Assembly (NCBI GenBank): GCA_024399575.1
Contig: JAKSNT010000001.1
Span: 9,124-73,123 of the forward strand
From: Paludibacteraceae bacterium
GTDB taxonomy: Bacteria > Bacteroidota > Bacteroidia > Bacteroidales > Paludibacteraceae
Length of the DNA stretch: 64,000 nt
Direction: 5' to 3'
The position numbers were made by a program, and so were the translations under genes. This document shows, one piece after another, positions 26,088 through 38,100 of this stretch. The notes under the pieces were generated by a model. That model was not told the DNA's origin, searched no databases, and was given only the letters and a program-made list of their open reading frames with translations. The first letter of the stretch is position 1. Each line of letters opens with the position of its first letter.

Positions 26088-28091
26088 TTATTCCAGTGAG
26101 TTGATGAGGGCGATGGTGTCGTTGTAGAGTTTCTCTTTGTTCTTCATGTGCTGCAGGCAGTTCTTGACGAAGCTGTTGTCCTCGAACTTGCCGCGGACTG
26201 CTTCGAAATCGGCATTGCGGTCGTCATCGTTAGTATCAACACCAAAGCCTGTGTGGGCACTTAGGTTGAACTCCTTCTTGGCATCTTCGTAGAGCATTTT
26301 GTCGAGTCTGAGAACAGCTTCGTACCAGTTGGTGATTAACTTGACAAGATCCTCCTTGGTGAAGTCGTCAATAGACTTTCCGAAATGGTTCACCATTTTG
26401 TCGCAAGCCCATGTCCATTCGTATTCATAATAGTTTTCATGAATCTCACGGATGCGTTTCTCTGCCTTGGTGATATCCATTTTGCCGAGTTTGATTTCGG
26501 CAATCATCCTGTCAATTTCGGTACGAGGACATATCATGCCGGAAAGGTCAACCCAGTTGCCAAGTCCTATATTGGTAGTTGGTATGAGCCTTTTCTTGAG
26601 TTCCTCTAACGATTTGAGAGGTTTGACTGGCGATCCGTCATAGTTTTGGGTTATTCTGGAAATGACAGAGTTGCCCATGAATTTTTTTATTGCAAGTTTA
26701 TAGAACTCGATGCCGTTTATGAGACTTGAACGGCGGATGTGGCAATTCTCGTAGAGGTATGTCTGGTTGTTCTCGCCTGTCAGTCTGCGGACTTGTCTGA
26801 GAATATCTATACCATTGAACATCTTCTGGACTGTATATGGGCTGAGAAGGTTGAAGTTGATGGAGTCGAGTTTCACAGGATCCTTGCGACGGTCACGGTT
26901 TGGCCATTTCTGTGTGTCGCGAATCGTGCCGACACTTCGTAGATTCACTCCAGGAATGAGGTAACTTTCCGTATCGTTCTCGATGAGGTACGAAAAAGGA
27001 AGGTCGGTGGTGTTCGAATTCTTCGTATGACGTCCCATGACGAGTGTGAATGCCCCTACACGTGCTGGCCACAGCAGATACGAGTTGGAGGTTGTCTTCG
27101 ACCCACGTTCAACGATGCCCTGATGGATAGGTCCGAGTTTGTACATGTGGTTGCTCTGGTTGGAGGCTGAACCAGCGTTGAGGAACGAGAACATGCCGGC
27201 AATGAGGAGGGAGGATTTGTGGTGAGAAACTGTGTATGGTCCGGCAAAGATGGCAGTCGCTTCGCCATGAAAGCCTTGGCAGTTGGCGAAGAACACCGAA
27301 TCAAGAGCTGAATAGTGCTTCCCGAGTTCGCATCCTTGTCCGATGAAACAGCGGCTGACGAGTGTTGAATCAGTAATGTCAGTGCCAGAAGATATGATGA
27401 AATCGTTGCATTTTACACCTGAACCAATGTGAACAGGTGCGTAACGATTGGAGTTTATTGATCCATTACTCAATTTAGAGACACCTCCAAGCGATGTATA
27501 TTCACCGATGTATGTGTTTTTTATGGTTCCACAGTTGAAAATGCGGACATTGCTTTCGATTGTACCTACATCGCTTCTGCGACTTTCAGCATAATCGTTT
27601 ATCATTTTTGTTAGTTGTTCAATCAGTTGTGTCTCATGGCGGTAGAGTGCAATGATATAAGCCATGTGCGACGAGAGATGGTCGTAGATAGGAATCTCGC
27701 GTCCACCACCCTCGTTGATGGCTGGCACGAGAACGCCATTGCCGAATGTCGATTCACCATCCGTCACGATGAGATTGGTGTTTTCGATAATCACATTGTT
27801 GCCAATACGGTAGTTGGCAATGTAGTTGTGAATGCTGTCAATGGTACAGTCGTTTCCGATTTCGACATTGTGCAGTTTGGCATTCTTGATTCCAGAATGA
27901 AATTCTATGCCACCCAACTGCTTATGGGATGTGGTAAAGGCACCGAGTTTTATAGTTCCAGAGAAAGTCACGTTTTCAACGTGTTCTGGAGTGAAATTGT
28001 CAACTACTAAAATATTGTCCCAACTGTCGGCACGACAATTGTTAGCACGTAGGATCGTAATTTCGTCTGGATTCAGTTTTCGATAGTTCAT
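26088..28091 (-). CDS. DUF4954-like protein with left-handed beta-helix (hexapeptide-like) core
   Basis: 667 aa. N-terminus MNYRKLNPDEITILRANNCRADSWDNILV followed by many short [LIV]-G-x-x-x-x repeats. Family name recalled from memory. Confidence 0.6.
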   Translation of the reverse strand: MNYRKLNPDEITILRANNCRADSWDNILVVDNFTPEHVENVTFSGTIKLGAFTTSHKQLGGIEFHSGIKNAKLHNVEIGNDCTIDSIHNYIANYRIGNNVIIENTNLIVTDGESTFGNGVLVPAINEGGGREIPIYDHLSSHMAYIIALYRHETQLIEQLTKMINDYAESRRSDVGTIESNVRIFNCGTIKNTYIGEYTSLGGVSKLSNGSINSNRYAPVHIGSGVKCNDFIISSGTDITDSTLVSRCFIGQGCELGKHYSALDSVFFANCQGFHGEATAIFAGPYTVSHHKSSLLIAGMFSFLNAGSASNQSNHMYKLGPIHQGIVERGSKTTSNSYLLWPARVGAFTLVMGRHTKNSNTTDLPFSYLIENDTESYLIPGVNLRSVGTIRDTQKWPNRDRRKDPVKLDSINFNLLSPYTVQKMFNGIDILRQVRRLTGENNQTYLYENCHIRRSSLINGIEFYKLAIKKFMGNSVISRITQNYDGSPVKPLKSLEELKKRLIPTTNIGLGNWVDLSGMICPRTEIDRMIAEIKLGKMDITKAEKRIREIHENYYEYEWTWACDKMVNHFGKSIDDFTKEDLVKLITNWYEAVLRLDKMLYEDAKKEFNLSAHTGFGVDTNDDDRNADFEAVRGKFEDNSFVKNCLQHMKNKEKLYNDTIALINSLE

Positions 28092-28098
28092 GTATTAG

Positions 28099-29454
28099 TT
28101 ATTTGATTTGTGAAACAATTTCGTCAATATTGAGCAGTGATTGCTCTCCAGTCAGCATATTTTTAAGCATTGCTTTGTTTTGTGCCATTTCATCGTCGCC
28201 AACGATGGCAACGAAGGGAATGTTGTTGGCATTGGCGTATGTCATCTGTTTTTTCATCTTGGCAGGTTCGGGATATATTTCAGCGGCAATGCCTTCACGG
28301 CGAATGCGGCGGACGAGAGGGAGGGAATATGTTATCCCACGCTGATCGAAGGCGAGGAAGATGATTTTGGTGCCAGTTGCTGTCTCGGCAGGGAATTTGT
28401 CGAGCATTGTCAATACGTCATAGATACGGTCGGCTCCAAACGAGAATCCTACACCTGAGACTCCAGGCAGTCCGAATATGCCTGTCAGATTATCGTATCG
28501 TCCTCCACCGGAAATTGAGCCCATCTCGACACCTACGGCTTTCACTTCGAGAATAGTGCCGGTATAATAGTTGAGTCCGCGGGCAAGCGTAAGGTCAATT
28601 TCGAGTTCATTCTTTATATCGGAATTGGCAATATATCTTAGAATTTCCTCCATTTCATCGATTCCCTTGAGTGCGATTTCGCTTTCTGCAAGAACTGTGC
28701 GTAGAGTCTCGAGTTTCTGCTGGTTGTTGCCTTCGAGCATGAGTATTGGTTTCAACTTGTTGATTTGCCCACCGTTAAGCCCACGTTCGAGAAGTTCCTT
28801 CGAAACGTTGTCGAGGCCGATTTTATCCATTTTATCGATAGCAACAGTGATGTCGATTATCTTATCTGCTGCCCCGATGAATTCGGCAATACCTGCAAGT
28901 ATCTTGCGATTGTTTATTTTTATTATGACTGGGAATCCGAAACGTTGGAATGCCTGATCAATCATTTCGATGATTTCAGTTTCGTAAATCAGTGAATCTG
29001 ATCCTACTATGTCGGCATCGCATTGGAAAAACTCGCGATAGCGACCTTTCTGAGGGCGGTCTGCACGCCATACAGGCTGGATCTGGAAACGCTTGAAAGG
29101 GAAGGTCACCTCGTCGCGATGCTGCACGACATAACGTGCGAAAGGGACTGTCAAGTCGTAACGAAGACCTTTCTCCGAAATGCGGTTAGTGAGCTTGATG
29201 CTGTTGCGTGCGAGAAGTTCGTCGTCTTGCAAGTCGTGTGCCCAATCGCCGGAATTCAGTATCTTGAATAACAGTTTGTCTCCTTCTTCGCCATATTTGC
29301 CCATCAGTGTGGAGAGATTTTCCATTGATGGAGTCTCGATTTGCTTGAATCCATAGTTCTGGAAAACAGAGCGTATTGTATTGAAGATGTAGTTGCGTCT
29401 TGCCATCTCGACAGGGGAGAAGTCGCGTGTGCCTTTTGGAATTGATGGTTTCAT
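28099..29454 (-). CDS. hisS: histidine--tRNA ligase
   Basis: PKGTRDF, motif 2 [24 protein letters not shown] and GGGRYD motifs. ORF-track start 29481 is a TTG that overlaps the promoter box, so I trimmed it to ATG 29454. Confidence 0.93.
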   Translation of the reverse strand: MKPSIPKGTRDFSPVEMARRNYIFNTIRSVFQNYGFKQIETPSMENLSTLMGKYGEEGDKLLFKILNSGDWAHDLQDDELLARNSIKLTNRISEKGLRYDLTVPFARYVVQHRDEVTFPFKRFQIQPVWRADRPQKGRYREFFQCDADIVGSDSLIYETEIIEMIDQAFQRFGFPVIIKINNRKILAGIAEFIGAADKIIDITVAIDKMDKIGLDNVSKELLERGLNGGQINKLKPILMLEGNNQQKLETLRTVLAESEIALKGIDEMEEILRYIANSDIKNELEIDLTLARGLNYYTGTILEVKAVGVEMGSISGGGRYDNLTGIFGLPGVSGVGFSFGADRIYDVLTMLDKFPAETATGTKIIFLAFDQRGITYSLPLVRRIRREGIAAEIYPEPAKMKKQMTYANANNIPFVAIVGDDEMAQNKAMLKNMLTGEQSLLNIDEIVSQIK

Positions 29455-29478
29455 TGTCAATGTCAATTTTTGCGGCTG

Positions 29479-29486
29479 CAAAGTTA
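29479..29486 (-). promoter_or_regulatory. -7 promoter box (TAACTTTG on minus strand)
   Basis: Plus strand reads caaagtta, 25 nt upstream of the hisS ATG at 29454. Confidence 0.6.
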
Positions 29487-29526
29487 CGAAAAAATTTTTT
29501 ATGTGTTTGGAATTTTGATGTTTTTT

Positions 29527-30744
29527 TTAGAATGTCTCTTTATAAATGATGTCGGAAGCGCCGATATGCGATGCAACATAGTCCCGTGCCAATTCGGCAT
29601 GTCGTGAATTGTTGCTGATGAAATAGTCGAGTGCCTCGGCACATTCCTGCTCATTGGAGATGGCTTTTGCACCACCGCATTCTATCAGTTCGCATGCCTC
29701 ACGGAATTTATGGTAGTTTGGACCGAAGACAACTGGCATACCCCATACGGCAGCCTCAAGAGTGTTGTGGATGCCTACGCCGAATCCTCCGCCTATGTAG
29801 GCTACCTTGCCATATTGATAAACGGATGAAAGGATTCCAATAGTGTTGATTATCAGTACATCAAAATCGGTTTCAGAGTCTTCTTTTAGGTCGGTATAGA
29901 GGGCATAGCGACAGGTCAGACGTGATGTGAGTTGGGCGATGCGTTCTGGCTCGACATGGTGCGGAGCAATTATCATGCGGATTCCTCCAGCAGCATGGCG
30001 GTTGATGTATGGGGCAAGAAGCTGCTCATCGGGATCCCAGGAACTGCCGACCACTATCGTGATATGATTTTCAGCGAACTGGCTGACGAGAGGTAATAGG
30101 CATGCTGACGATGCAATGTCGGTGACACGGTCGAAACGTGTGTCGCCAACTGCAACTGCATTGTTGATGCCGATTGTTCTGAGCAATGCAACGGATTCAT
30201 CGTTCTGTACATAAAGTGTCCGGAAGGTGGTCAGACAGCGGCGAAAGATTGAGCCATACCATTTGAAGAAAGGTTGCGATGGACGGAATATGGCTGAAAT
30301 GATATATGTCTCGATATTGTTCTTGCGGAGAGCAGACAGATAGTTGAGCCAGAACTCGTATTTCACGATGTAAACTTTCTCTGGACGGAGGGTTTCGACA
30401 AAAAGTCGTGCATTACGGGGAGTGTCGAGAGGAAGGTAGGTGATCAGGTCAGCTCCCTGATAGTTCTTGCGGATTTCGAATCCCGAAGGTGAGAAAAAAG
30501 TGAGGAGGATTTTGTATTCAGTGTTATGAGCGTGAATACGTTCGATAAGCGGGCGTCCCTGTTCAAATTCACCAAGCGAAGCAGCATGAACCCAGACCCA
30601 TCGTTCACCCTTTCCCCGCATTCGGGCAATGGTATTAATTGCCAAACGTTCGCCTTTACGCATCGAACGAATGGTGGGGTTAAAAAACGAAAGAATACAA
30701 ATCGCTGATTTGTAAATGTATATGAATAAATTATATATAAACAT
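29527..30744 (-). CDS. waaA: 3-deoxy-D-manno-octulosonic acid (Kdo) transferase
   Basis: WVHAASLGEFEQGRPLIE motif and GT30 length. Start trimmed from TTG 30750 to ATG 30744. Confidence 0.88.
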   Translation of the reverse strand: MFIYNLFIYIYKSAICILSFFNPTIRSMRKGERLAINTIARMRGKGERWVWVHAASLGEFEQGRPLIERIHAHNTEYKILLTFFSPSGFEIRKNYQGADLITYLPLDTPRNARLFVETLRPEKVYIVKYEFWLNYLSALRKNNIETYIISAIFRPSQPFFKWYGSIFRRCLTTFRTLYVQNDESVALLRTIGINNAVAVGDTRFDRVTDIASSACLLPLVSQFAENHITIVVGSSWDPDEQLLAPYINRHAAGGIRMIIAPHHVEPERIAQLTSRLTCRYALYTDLKEDSETDFDVLIINTIGILSSVYQYGKVAYIGGGFGVGIHNTLEAAVWGMPVVFGPNYHKFREACELIECGGAKAISNEQECAEALDYFISNNSRHAELARDYVASHIGASDIIYKETF

Positions 30745-30763
30745 AAACAATTGATTTTGGGTG

Positions 30764-30771
30764 CAAAGTTA
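30764..30771 (-). promoter_or_regulatory. -7 promoter box (TAACTTTG on minus strand) for waaA
   Basis: Plus strand reads caaagtta, 20 nt upstream of ATG 30744. Confidence 0.6.
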
Positions 30772-30817
30772 CAAAAATATTTTTAAACGTATGTTTTCGG
30801 AATATGAATTTTTTTCG

Positions 30818-30825
30818 TAACTTTG
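30818..30825 (+). promoter_or_regulatory. -7 promoter box TAACTTTG for lysC
   Basis: Lies 28 nt upstream of ATG 30853, divergent from the waaA promoter. Confidence 0.6.
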
Positions 30826-30852
30826 CAGCGGGAATTTTAATTTTTTGGAAAT

Positions 30853-32103
30853 ATGAAGATTTATAAGTTCGGTGGGGCATCGGTAAAGAGTGCTGATGGT
30901 GTCAGAAATCTCGAAAAAATAGTTGGAAATGTCAATGACAATGTGGTCGTTGTGGTGTCGGCTATGGGGAAAATGACCAATGCGCTGGAGTGTGTGGTAA
31001 ACAGTTTTTTCAATAAGAAACCTGATACGGAACAGAACATAGAGAAGGTGATAGCATATCATGAAGAGATAATAGAAAATCTGTTCGGCGAGAACAGAGT
31101 GTCAGTTGATATGATGATTGAAGAGTTGTTTTCGAATCTGAGAGATGTCAAGAATCAGAAACCATCGCTGAGTTACGATTATGAATATGACCGAATAGTC
31201 TCGTTCGGAGAATTGATGTCAACAACAATAGTTGCTGCATATCTGCAGTCGAGAGGTTTGGAGGCTGAATGGATTGACATAAGACGTTGTATCATAACGG
31301 ATCAGAATTACAGAGAAGGAAATGTTGATATGGAACTGAGCCGGAAATTGAGTCGAGAGGCTATGCATGGGAAAAAACTGTGTATCACACAGGGATTCAT
31401 AGCTGGCACAACAACCAACCAGACAACTACACTCGGGCGTGAAGGTTCGGATTATACGGCTGCCATACTGGCTAATCTGCTGGATGCTGAAAGCGTGACG
31501 ATATGGAAGGATGTGCCAGGGGTGATGAATGCTGACCCAAAGAAATACAAGGACGTGCAAATCATTCCGGTGCTTTCGTATAAGGAGGCTATTGAACTGA
31601 GTTATTGTGGTGCATCGGTCATCCATCCAAAGACAGTCAAACCATTGCAGAATAAAAAGATACCGTTGTATGTAAGGTCGTTCATTGAACCGGAAAAGGC
31701 TGGTTCGGCAATCTGCAACTATACTCAGCCGATTGACTTGCCACCAATATACATCAACAAGGGCAATCAGGTTTTGCTGTCGTTGACTCCAAGGGATTTT
31801 TCGTTCATTGCCGAAGAGCGTCTGAGCAAGATATTCGGAGTTCTTGCATCGTACAGACTGAAATCGAGTCTTGTACAGACTTCGGCTATCAGCTTCTCGC
31901 TTTGCGTTGATTATAATGAAGTGAATTTCCAGAAGATGATTGACGAGTTGAGAGATGAATACGAGGTGCTTTACAACACCGATGTTGAACTGATAACAAT
32001 CAGACACTATACCAAAGAAATAGTTGACAAACTCGTTGGAGAGAAGAAGGTCTATGTAGAACAGAGAAACAGGTTGACAGCGAGATTCATTATTGGAAAC
32101 TGA
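30853..32103 (+). CDS. lysC: aspartate kinase
   Basis: MKIYKFGGASV N-terminus, GREGSDYTAA motif and a C-terminal ACT-like region. Confidence 0.9.
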   Translation: MKIYKFGGASVKSADGVRNLEKIVGNVNDNVVVVVSAMGKMTNALECVVNSFFNKKPDTEQNIEKVIAYHEEIIENLFGENRVSVDMMIEELFSNLRDVKNQKPSLSYDYEYDRIVSFGELMSTTIVAAYLQSRGLEAEWIDIRRCIITDQNYREGNVDMELSRKLSREAMHGKKLCITQGFIAGTTTNQTTTLGREGSDYTAAILANLLDAESVTIWKDVPGVMNADPKKYKDVQIIPVLSYKEAIELSYCGASVIHPKTVKPLQNKKIPLYVRSFIEPEKAGSAICNYTQPIDLPPIYINKGNQVLLSLTPRDFSFIAEERLSKIFGVLASYRLKSSLVQTSAISFSLCVDYNEVNFQKMIDELRDEYEVLYNTDVELITIRHYTKEIVDKLVGEKKVYVEQRNRLTARFIIGN

Positions 32104-32123
32104 AAAAAATAAAAGCTATTAAT

Positions 32124-35100
32124 ATGAAATGGATTAAAATCTTATCATTGTTTTGTGCGTTGTCGTTGAGTTTGACGGTCACTGGACAATCGGCATCCTT
32201 GCTGAACGAGACTTTTGACAATGCAACATTAGACACTATTCCGGTAGGATGGAACAATGCCGGCGGAACATGTGAAGGACGATACACATGGAGGGTTGTC
32301 GAACAACCTTCGTTTTCGACTTCAGGTCAATGTATCAGTTTCAATTCGTATTCTGCACCAGATGGAACGTATGGAATCCTGAAAACTCCTTCCATAACGT
32401 TGGTGGGTAATTATCATTTGAAATTCAAATATAATAATTACAATGCCGGCAAGTTGCATGTCTATATCTCGACAGACGGAGGTGCGACTTTTTTCAACCA
32501 TCCATTGGATACGACAACTCTAGTTTCCGAGACGAATTATGAGTGGGATGAGGCTGATATCTCTTTGGCGCAATATTCCGGAGCCGTAAAGATTGTATTC
32601 TACAGCGTATCAAATTTCGGATACTATCGACAGTATATTGATGATGTCGAGATATATGCAGGACCAACCTGCCAGCAACCTGTGGGTATATACACACAGA
32701 ATGTCACAACGACATCTGCCGACCTGTTCTGGGGATTGTCGAACGAAGGAAACAGTCCATCTGGATATCTTGTTGACGTTATTGACGAACATGGGACAAC
32801 CGTTTGCAAGAATCGTGCCGTTACTGCGGCTATGATTTCGCTTACTGGATTGACATCTAATACAAAATATACAGTTAACGTACGTAGTGACTGTTCTCAG
32901 ACTGGACATGCCTATTCGAAATATGAGACATTCAGTTTCAAGACAGCGTGTAATCCTTTGAACTTGCCATATTCTGACAATTTCGACAATGTGGTTGACA
33001 TGCCTGATTGCTCGGACGGAATGAATGTCAACGTCTCGCAGTCATATTATGCCGGATTGAACGGGAAGTCGATGCAATTGTCTTCGATGACAGGAGATGG
33101 TGCTTATCTCTTGCTGCCGACCATAGCACATGCTGCAAACGATATGCAGATGACGTGCAAGGTACGCAGGAATAATCTGAACGACACTGCATCCTATGGA
33201 ATAGGTATCTGTGACCCCACTGACCCTACCTCTACTTTTGAGTCAATGTATGACGGAGTGTTGAATGATGGAGTTGACTGGCACGAAATAAGAGTGAATA
33301 CCAGCGCATGCTCGTTTGGCGCGCAGAGCAACAAAGCTATGTGTGTGATGCTTTATCCAATGTCATCGACTATGATGTATGTGGATGATGTGAAAATAGA
33401 ACCTATTCCATCGTGTATAAGACCTGAAAATCTGGCAATAAGTGGCATTACAACGAACAGTTGTACTGTGGATTGGGGTGTTGCAAACGCTGCAAACTAT
33501 ACAATCAAGTGCAAAGGCGATGACGGCAGTGAGGTCGTAAAGAATGCCACAACTCATCCTTTTACAGTGACAGGACTGAATCAGAATACAAGATATACTG
33601 TAACGGTTCAGGCAAAGTGCACTCCTACAGATACAAGCGAAACATCTCATTGCGTTGTGTTCAGGACTATGTGTGCACCACTGACAACTCCTATATTCTT
33701 GGAAGATGCCGAAGGTACAGTGGGCATGGATTTGCCAAACTGCTGGTTCCAGGGAGTATGGGACAAACCTTCATACGTGACTGAAACAGAATTTTTCAGG
33801 ACAATGGGCAAGAGTCAATATGATGACAACGTACATAGCGGAAACAGGGCATTTGTTGTGACCGGGGGTTATGACCCTGTCAAGTCGTATATGTATTCCC
33901 CAGCAATTGTAGTAAATCAGGCAAACCAGTATTCTGTCAGCATCTGGATGAGACGTGAATCATACGGTCAGGCAAATGAGGGTCTGACACTGTATGTATC
34001 GCCGCAACCTAATGATACTACTGGTGGACAGAGGTTGGGCTTCATCAGTTGCGATGCCAATGCTGCACCTCAGGAAAGCGATGGCTCGGGATGGTATAAA
34101 TATACATACCCTATACAGATGACAGGTACGTTATATGTAATCATAGGTGCAGAGTGCAGTTATCGTAATATAATGTTCGATGATGTCGAGGTCAGACTGA
34201 CACCAACATGTCTGCCTGTGACAAAAGTGTCTGTCGGTATGCCAACTACAAATACCTGCTCTCTGTCGTGGACAGGCGGTACTCAGGCGAGCCAGTGGAT
34301 ATTGGAGTATGAGTTGCAGAAAAACGGTATTGAGGTTCGTAGCGACACAGTGACAACAAACAGTGCCAACTATACACTCACCGGTTTGCAGCCAGGTTCG
34401 GAATATACCGTATCTGGAAAAGTATATGTTAAGTGCAGTTCAACGGATATTTCGGATGAAAAGAATTTCAGAGGACAGTTTGCAACTTTATGCGATGTTA
34501 TAAGCCAGTTTCCATATATTGAGGATTTCGAAGGAAACAATGTTCCGCCAATGTGCTGGAAAACAGGTTCAAATCAGCCTATATGCTATTGGACAAAGAG
34601 TGGTGGTACGACTCATGGAGGACAAGGTTCGGCATACGTGATAAGTGGCAACAATCCTTCAGAGACATACCTCAGCACTGGCGAAATGACTTTCAATGGT
34701 GTCAACCAGTTCGAAATCAGCGTTTGGATTTACAGAGGCGAATATGGACAGAACGAGACAAACGAAGGCTTGAAGATATATGTCGGACCATCGCAGAACG
34801 ATTTGAGCCAGGCAACAATGCTCGGATTCGTCGCTCAGAATTATCTGAATAGTCCGGCAGTACCATCGACAGGATGGTATAAATATACATACGAGATACC
34901 ATCCAATATTTCCGGTTCGAACTATATATTGTTTGTATATAATTCGGTTATCGGCGATCTGATGTACATTGACGATGTTGAGGTCAGACAGTCGGCAGCA
35001 TGCGGAGGCATTACGGCAAATATTGATACTGTGGATCACCAGTCGGCAAGAGTTTCTATATCAAGATATACATCATGGGAGATTGAGTATGGCGAGCAGA

Positions 35101-38100
35101 ACCGTGCAAACAAACTGCATCAGACAATTCCTGCAGGAACAGATACGTTCCGCATCACAGGACTGAATCCTGAGGGCAATTATGAGTTCAGGGTAAGGAG
35201 ATTCTGTGTCAGTGGCGACACCTCGGCATGGTCGAAGACATATTTGTTCCAGACATTGCCGGCACCACCATCGTGTTACCCACCAGTGGTTACTGTAAAT
35301 ACGATAATGTCAAACAGTGTGAATCTGAACATATCATCTGCAGATGCCACAATATGGGAAGTTAATGTCAGCAGTGGGGCGACAATGGATGGTGATGTTT
35401 ACAGTGGAGTTGTCAATTTGTCAATCTTTACTGTCCCTGGTCTGGTGGCAAATACTGAGTATTATTATATGGTGCGTGCAATCTGTGCGGTGGGCGACAC
35501 ATCAGCATGGACTCTGCCTGATGTATTTACCACTGACTGTATGTCGGAACAAGTGCCATATTATGAGCAATTTGATAACGTCAGCAGTGTAGAGTGCTGG
35601 AGATCGTTGGGAAATATACCACCTGAGCAATCGAGCACATTCAGTTATTCTGGAAAGAAATCGTTGAAGGTGACGGATGTAATGGCTATTTCACCTGAAT
35701 TTGATGTGACAAGTCTTGCTCCATTGGCAATAAGCGGTATGGCATATACCCCAACTGACGTTACGCAATTCTCAATAGGAGTTATTGTGGATCCTGAAGA
35801 TGAGTATTCATTCGAAGGCATGGCATCGCAAACCCTTAATGTAACAGGACAGTGGACTCCATTCAAGGTCTATCTTGATGATTTGTCTGATCCTATGTAT
35901 GCTGGTGGGGCTGCTAATGCAAAACGTATAGTATTCTTTGTTCCAGCAGGCAGCGTAGTATATTTTGATGATATATCGGTAGATATGGCTGAGTCCTGTC
36001 ACCAGCCAATGTCAGTCGATATTACGAATGCACAACCAAGCAGTTTTGACATATCATGGGATTCGGATGCACCAAAGCACAGGGTCATTGTGATTCAGCA
36101 AAATGGTGGTGCCGGAATAGATACCGTCGTGATGAGCAATCCTGCAACAATACGTAATTTGCGTCCGATGACTGACTATTCAGTGCAGGTTGCGGCTATC
36201 TGCTCGCAGAGCGATACTTCGGCAACGGTCAGTGCAGGTGTGGTTAGAACTGGATGTGGTAGGATAAGCACTCCATTTTATGATAACTTCGAATCCTACG
36301 AAGTGATGACAGTTCCAAATTGCTGGGATATCAGAATGTCGTCAACAGCGACTATGAACACTATAATATACCCTGACACTTCGGCACATCCTGAATATAT
36401 ATGGAATGTATTCAAGTATGGCAACAACAAGATGATGAGATTGTTCAACGAACGAATAGTAGGATTGTCAACCAGGGATTCGGCTTGTATCGTCACACCT
36501 TTGATGAGGATTGATGGTGACAGCACTATATTGGCATTGGATTATTCGCATAGGGCATCGTGCGGTCCAATAGCAGTAAACATTTCGGATAATGATGGAC
36601 AGACATTCGTTAATATTGATAGTCTGTTCAGAACTGTATTTCCAGGCAACTGGAGCTCGACAGACCCAGGCATATTATACCATAAGGAGATTGATTTGTC
36701 GGCATATAATGGACGACCAGTGATTATCCAGTTGTCGGCAATGTGCGATTATGGTTTGGGTTCTGTATTTGTGGATAATGTGCAGTTGCTTAAAAAACAG
36801 ACGTGTGTAGCACCAAGTGGTTTACAGCAGATAGCAGCAGGTCAGGACTGGCTTGCAGTAGGGTGGTACAGAGACTCTTTGATTAATAATTATGTGGTTA
36901 AAATCTCTGATGGAGTAAATTCTATGTATTATCCAGTAGATACCACATGCGGAATCAGAATTGGAGGACTGAATTCATCGAGTAGATACGAGATCTCGGT
37001 TGCATCAATAAGCGCAAATGGCGATACATCCCTTTTCAGCAGCCCAATAGTTCTAAAAACATTGTGTGCATATCAGGAGACTCCTTATTTCGAGGATTTT
37101 GAGTCGCAGATTGTAGGGTACAATCCTGAATGCTGGGATATAAGCACTTCAACGACTGTAAGTGCAACTGAACGCCCTGATTACGTCTGGGGTGTCAGCG
37201 AATACAATGGAAACAAGTTTATCCGTATGTATAATTATCTGGTTCATGACGGTAATGCTATTATCAGCATGCCTCCGTTCAGCCTTGGGGCAGGGCACGG
37301 TTATCTGTTGAAATATAAGTATTCACATCGTGCTTCGTGCGTTGCATTGAATGTTGAGGTTTCTGACAATGGAGGGTCAACGTTTACCCAGGTAGCTTCA
37401 CATAAATATGGTGGGTTGGCATACGATAACGATGACCCAGGTATTTTCAATGAAAACGAGGTTGATCTGACACCTTATTCTGGCAAGGACATTATCATAA
37501 GGTTCTCATGTAGAGCAAACTTCCATACTGGTTCTGTATTTGTTGACGATATTTCGATTGAAAGCACGTCGATGTGCCAGAAGACTCAAGGGCTTACGTT
37601 GACATATACCGACACTGCGGTGACGGCTGTGGTGAATGATACCGTCTCATCTCATACCCAGTGGCAGTATGCTTGCATACCATACGGTGAAAGCATTGAT
37701 ACGTTTGCATACCATATTTCGACATCGAAGAATATCAATGTCACGGGACTCACCTCTGCAACGGCATACCAGATTTATGTACGTGCGTATTGCGATTCAG
37801 TCGAACAGTCGGTTTGGGACATGCGCTCGTTCAGGACTAATGCGACATCTGCAGGAATGCCATTTGTTTGTGATTTCACTGATGAGGTGGAGAATCAGCA
37901 GTGGCAATTCAGCCATATCACTGGCAACAGGTTCATCATAGGCAGTGATTCCAAGGCTTTGTATGAAAATGCAACTGCGGCATTGTATGTCACCGATGGT
38001 ACCTCTTACACATATAACACTAACAGGAAGTCATCGGCTGTGGCATACCGCGAAATCGAGTTTGGTTCCGGCAGATATGTAATTACGTTTGACTGGAAAT

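Noticed and set aside
29455-29481. N-terminal extensions implied by ORF-track starts: hisS 29481, waaA 30750, uvrA 42721, rplS 48833, polA 49291, pyrG 58749, TetR 58785, ybeY 62457, aroA 3909, 15028, 16281 and 53215.
   Set aside because: The seven upstream codons I checked (hisS 29481, waaA 30750, uvrA 42721, rplS 48833, polA 49291, 15028, 53215) are TTG; for pyrG, TetR, ybeY, aroA and 16281 I did not read the codon and trimmed on context. The extensions overlap promoter boxes, a tRNA or upstream genes, and the conserved protein N-termini begin at the downstream ATG.
30751-30852. Lysine riboswitch upstream of lysC.
   Set aside because: The spacer is only about 100 nt and is occupied by two divergent promoter boxes. 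That leaves only a 28-nt leader, too short for an L-box.
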